Assembly (NCBI GenBank): GCA_030390025.1
Contig: JASTWF010000035.1
Coordinates: 2,604,001-2,668,000, forward strand
DNA from: Squalus acanthias
Lineage: Eukaryota
Reading direction: 5' to 3'
DNA: 64,000 bases
Positions within the stretch are counted from its first letter, which is position 1. Each line of letters starts with the position of its first letter. A model generated the notes under the pieces. The model saw only the letters and a list, made by a program, of their open reading frames with translations. It was not told where the DNA came from and did no database searches. Of this stretch, positions 61,325 through 64,000 are shown in pieces. The position numbers and the translations under genes were made by a program.

Positions 61325-62680
61325 GGTAGATACATAGATACATAGAAGATAGGAGCAGGAGTAGGCCATCCGGCCCTTCGAGCCTGCTCCGCCATTTAAT
61401 GAGATCATGGCTGATCCTCCAATTCAGTATCCCGTCCCCGCCTTCTCTCCGTAACCCTTAACCCCTTTTGCCTGTAGAAATATATCTAATTCCCTCTTAA
61501 ATATATTTAATGAGCTGGCGTACACTGCCCTCTGTGGCAATGAGTTCCACAGGTTCACCACCCTCTGAGTGAAGAAATTCCCCCTCATTTCTGTCCTAAA
61601 TGGTTTAGCCCTTATCCTTAAATTATGTCCTCTAGTTCTGTTCTCACCCGCCAAGGGAAACATTCCTTCTGCATCTAGTCTGTCTCGACCTGTCAGAATT
61701 TTATACACTTCTATGAGGTCCCCTCTCAATCTTCTAAACTCCAGTGTGTACATCCCTAAACTACATAGTCTCTCCTCATAGGTCAATCCCGCCATTCCTG
61801 GTATCAGCCTGGTGAATCGCCGCTGCACCCCCTCCATGGCAAGAACATCTTTCCTCAGATGAGGCGACCAAAACTGTACACAGTACTCGAGGTGTGGTCT
61901 CACCAGTGCCCTGTACAGCTGCAGCAAGGTATCCCTGTTCCTGTATTCCAACCCTTTTGCTATGAAGGCCAGCATACCATTTGCCTTCTTGATCGCCTGT
62001 TGCACCTGCATGCTCGCCTTCAGTGACTGGTGTACAAGAACACCCAGGTCTCTCTGTACTTCCCCCTCTCCCAATTTATTGCCATTTAAATAATAATTTG
62101 CCCTCCCGTTCCTGCACCCAAGGTGGATAACTTCGCACTTGTCCACATTATAGTGCATCTGCCATTTATCCGCCCAATCACCCAGTCTGTCCAAATCGCT
62201 CTGGAGCTTCCTGGTCTCCTCCTCTGAGCCCACCCCCCCTCCTAGTTTAGTGTCGTCTGCAAATTTGGAAATGCTGCATCCGACTCCCTGATCCAGGTCA
62301 TTAATGTAAATTGTGAACAGCTGGGGACCCAGGACAGATCCCTGTGGTACCCCACTTGTTACTGCCTGCCATTCAGAAAATGAGCCGTTTATTCCAACTC
62401 TCTGTTTTCTATCTGACAGCCAGTTCTCTATCCACGTTAGTACTTTCCCCTTTATCCCATGAGCTTCAATTTTCCCTGCTAATCTTTTATGTGGGACCTT
62501 ATCGAAGGCCTTTTGGAAGTCCAGGTACACCACATCTACTGGCTCTCCCCCATCTATTTTACCAGTTACTCCCTCAAAAAATTCCAATAGATTAGTCAAG
62601 CACGATTTACCCTTTGTAAATCCATGTTGACTCTGTCCTATCCTGTCCCCATTTGCTAAGTGCTCCGCTATTTCATCCTC
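61325..62680 (-). mobile_element. Young CR1, near-identical to 7222-8584
   Basis: ORF 61424..62716 differs from the 5954..8476 protein at only a few residues over ~415 aa. Confidence 0.95.
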
Positions 62681-63500
62681 AAATAGTTGAGGCCCCAGCA
62701 CTGATCCCTCTGGCACCCCACTAGTTACTGATTGCCAACCTGAAAATGACCCATTTATCCCGACTCTCTGTTTTCTGTTAGTTAGCCAATCCCCTATCCA
62801 TGCTAATATATTACTCCCAACCCCGTGCGCTCTTATCTTTGCAGTAACCTTTTATGTGGCACCTTATCGACTGCCTTCTGGAAATCCAAATGCACTACAT
62901 CTACTGGTTCCCCTTTATCACCCTGTTTGTTACATCCTCAAAGAACTCTAGCAAATTTGTCAAACACAATTTCCCTTTCATAAAACCATGTTGACTCTGC
63001 TTGATTGTCTTATGATTTTCTAAATGTCCTGCTATTACCTCCTTAATAATGGATCCCAGCATTTTCCCAATGACAGATGTTAGGCTAACTGGCCTATAGT
63101 TTCCTGCTTTCTGTCTCCCTCCTTTCTTGATTAGGGGAGTTACATTTGTGGTTTTCCAATCCGCTGTGACCTCTCCAGAGTCCAGGGAATTTTGGTAGAT
63201 TACAATCAACGCATCCACTATCTCTGCAGCCACTTCTTTTAAGACCCTAAAATGTAGGCCATCAGGTCCAGGGGACTTGTCAGCCTTTAGCCCCATTAGT
63301 TTGCCAAGTACTTTTTCTCTCGTGATAGAGATTGTTTTATGTTCCTCCCTCCCTATAGCCCCTTGATTATCTATTATTATTGGGATGTTTTTAGTGTCTT
63401 CTACCATGAAGACCGATCCAAAATAATTGTTTAGAGTCTCTGCCATTTCGCTATTTCCCATTATTAATTTCCCAGTCTCATCCTCTAAGGGACCAGCGTT
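62681..63500 (-). mobile_element. CR1 ORF2 fragment
   Basis: ORF 62901..63584 KSPGPDG..NYRPVSLTS..QHGF. Confidence 0.88.
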
Positions 63501-63562
63501 TAATTTAGCTGCATCTGCCCACCTTCTCATCATGTCCCTCCTTCCCTTCTCTTTCAATGTCT

Positions 63563-63997
63563 GCCGTGGCTCAGTGGGTAGCACCCTCGCCTCTGACAGA
63601 AGGTTGTGGGTTCAAGTCCCACTCCAGAGACTTGAGCACAAAATCCAGGCTGGCGCTCCAGTACTGAGGGAGTGTTGCACTGTCGGAGGTGCCGCCTTTT
63701 GGATGAGATGTTAAACCGAGGCCCTGTCTGCCCTCTCAGGTGGACGTAAAAGATCCTATGGCACTTCGAAGAAGAGCAGGATAGTTATCCCTGGTGTCCT
63801 GGCCAATATTTATCCCTCAATCAACATCACTAAAACAGATTATCTGGTCATTATCACATTGCTGGTTGTGGGAGCTTGCTGTGCGCAAATTGGCTGCTGC
63901 GTTTCCTACATTACAACAGTGACGACACTTCAAAAAGTACTTACTTGGCTGTAAAGCGCTTTGGTGGTCATGAAAAGCGCTATATAAATGCAAGTTT
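63563..63997 (+). mobile_element. Intact tRNA-headed Deu-domain SINE (SacSINE1/AmnSINE1-like)
   Basis: A-box-like tggctcagtgggtagc and B-box ggttcaagtccc, Deu core, and L2-type tail aaagcgctatataaatgcaag. Confidence 0.85.
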
Positions 63998-64000
63998 AGC

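Noticed and set aside
63563..63640. tRNA gene
   Set aside because: The A/B boxes belong to the SINE head, with no full cloverleaf, and are followed directly by the Deu core.

Overview
Eukaryotic, repeat-saturated vertebrate DNA. The repeat families (CR1 LINEs with esterase ORF1, Deu-domain SINEs, Penelope elements, Harbinger) point to a cartilaginous fish, though that is an inference. The window is mostly intron of a plus-strand ADAM-family metalloprotease gene. Three of its short exons, absent from the ORF track, splice in frame: 33263-33339, 34082-34241 and 51919-51984 (prodomain into the start of the reprolysin domain). The rest is a deeply nested stack of transposons: many CR1 LINE copies including one near-full-length element (27599-32210), a pogo/Tigger transposon with TIRs and TA TSD, a complete two-gene Harbinger with a spliced Myb/SANT gene, a decayed second Harbinger, three Harbinger MITEs, a full-length Penelope-like RT/GIY-YIG element with a 14-bp TSD and hammerhead-ribozyme motifs, L2 fragments, SINEs and minisatellites. 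The most striking unexplained signal is that all five CR1 ORF1 ends in the window, from several divergent subfamilies, carry the canonical -1 slippery heptamer T_TTA_AAC directly before the ORF1 stop. In three copies the frame read after a -1 slip leads into the ORF2 endonuclease, making this a candidate programmed ribosomal frameshift in a vertebrate LINE.
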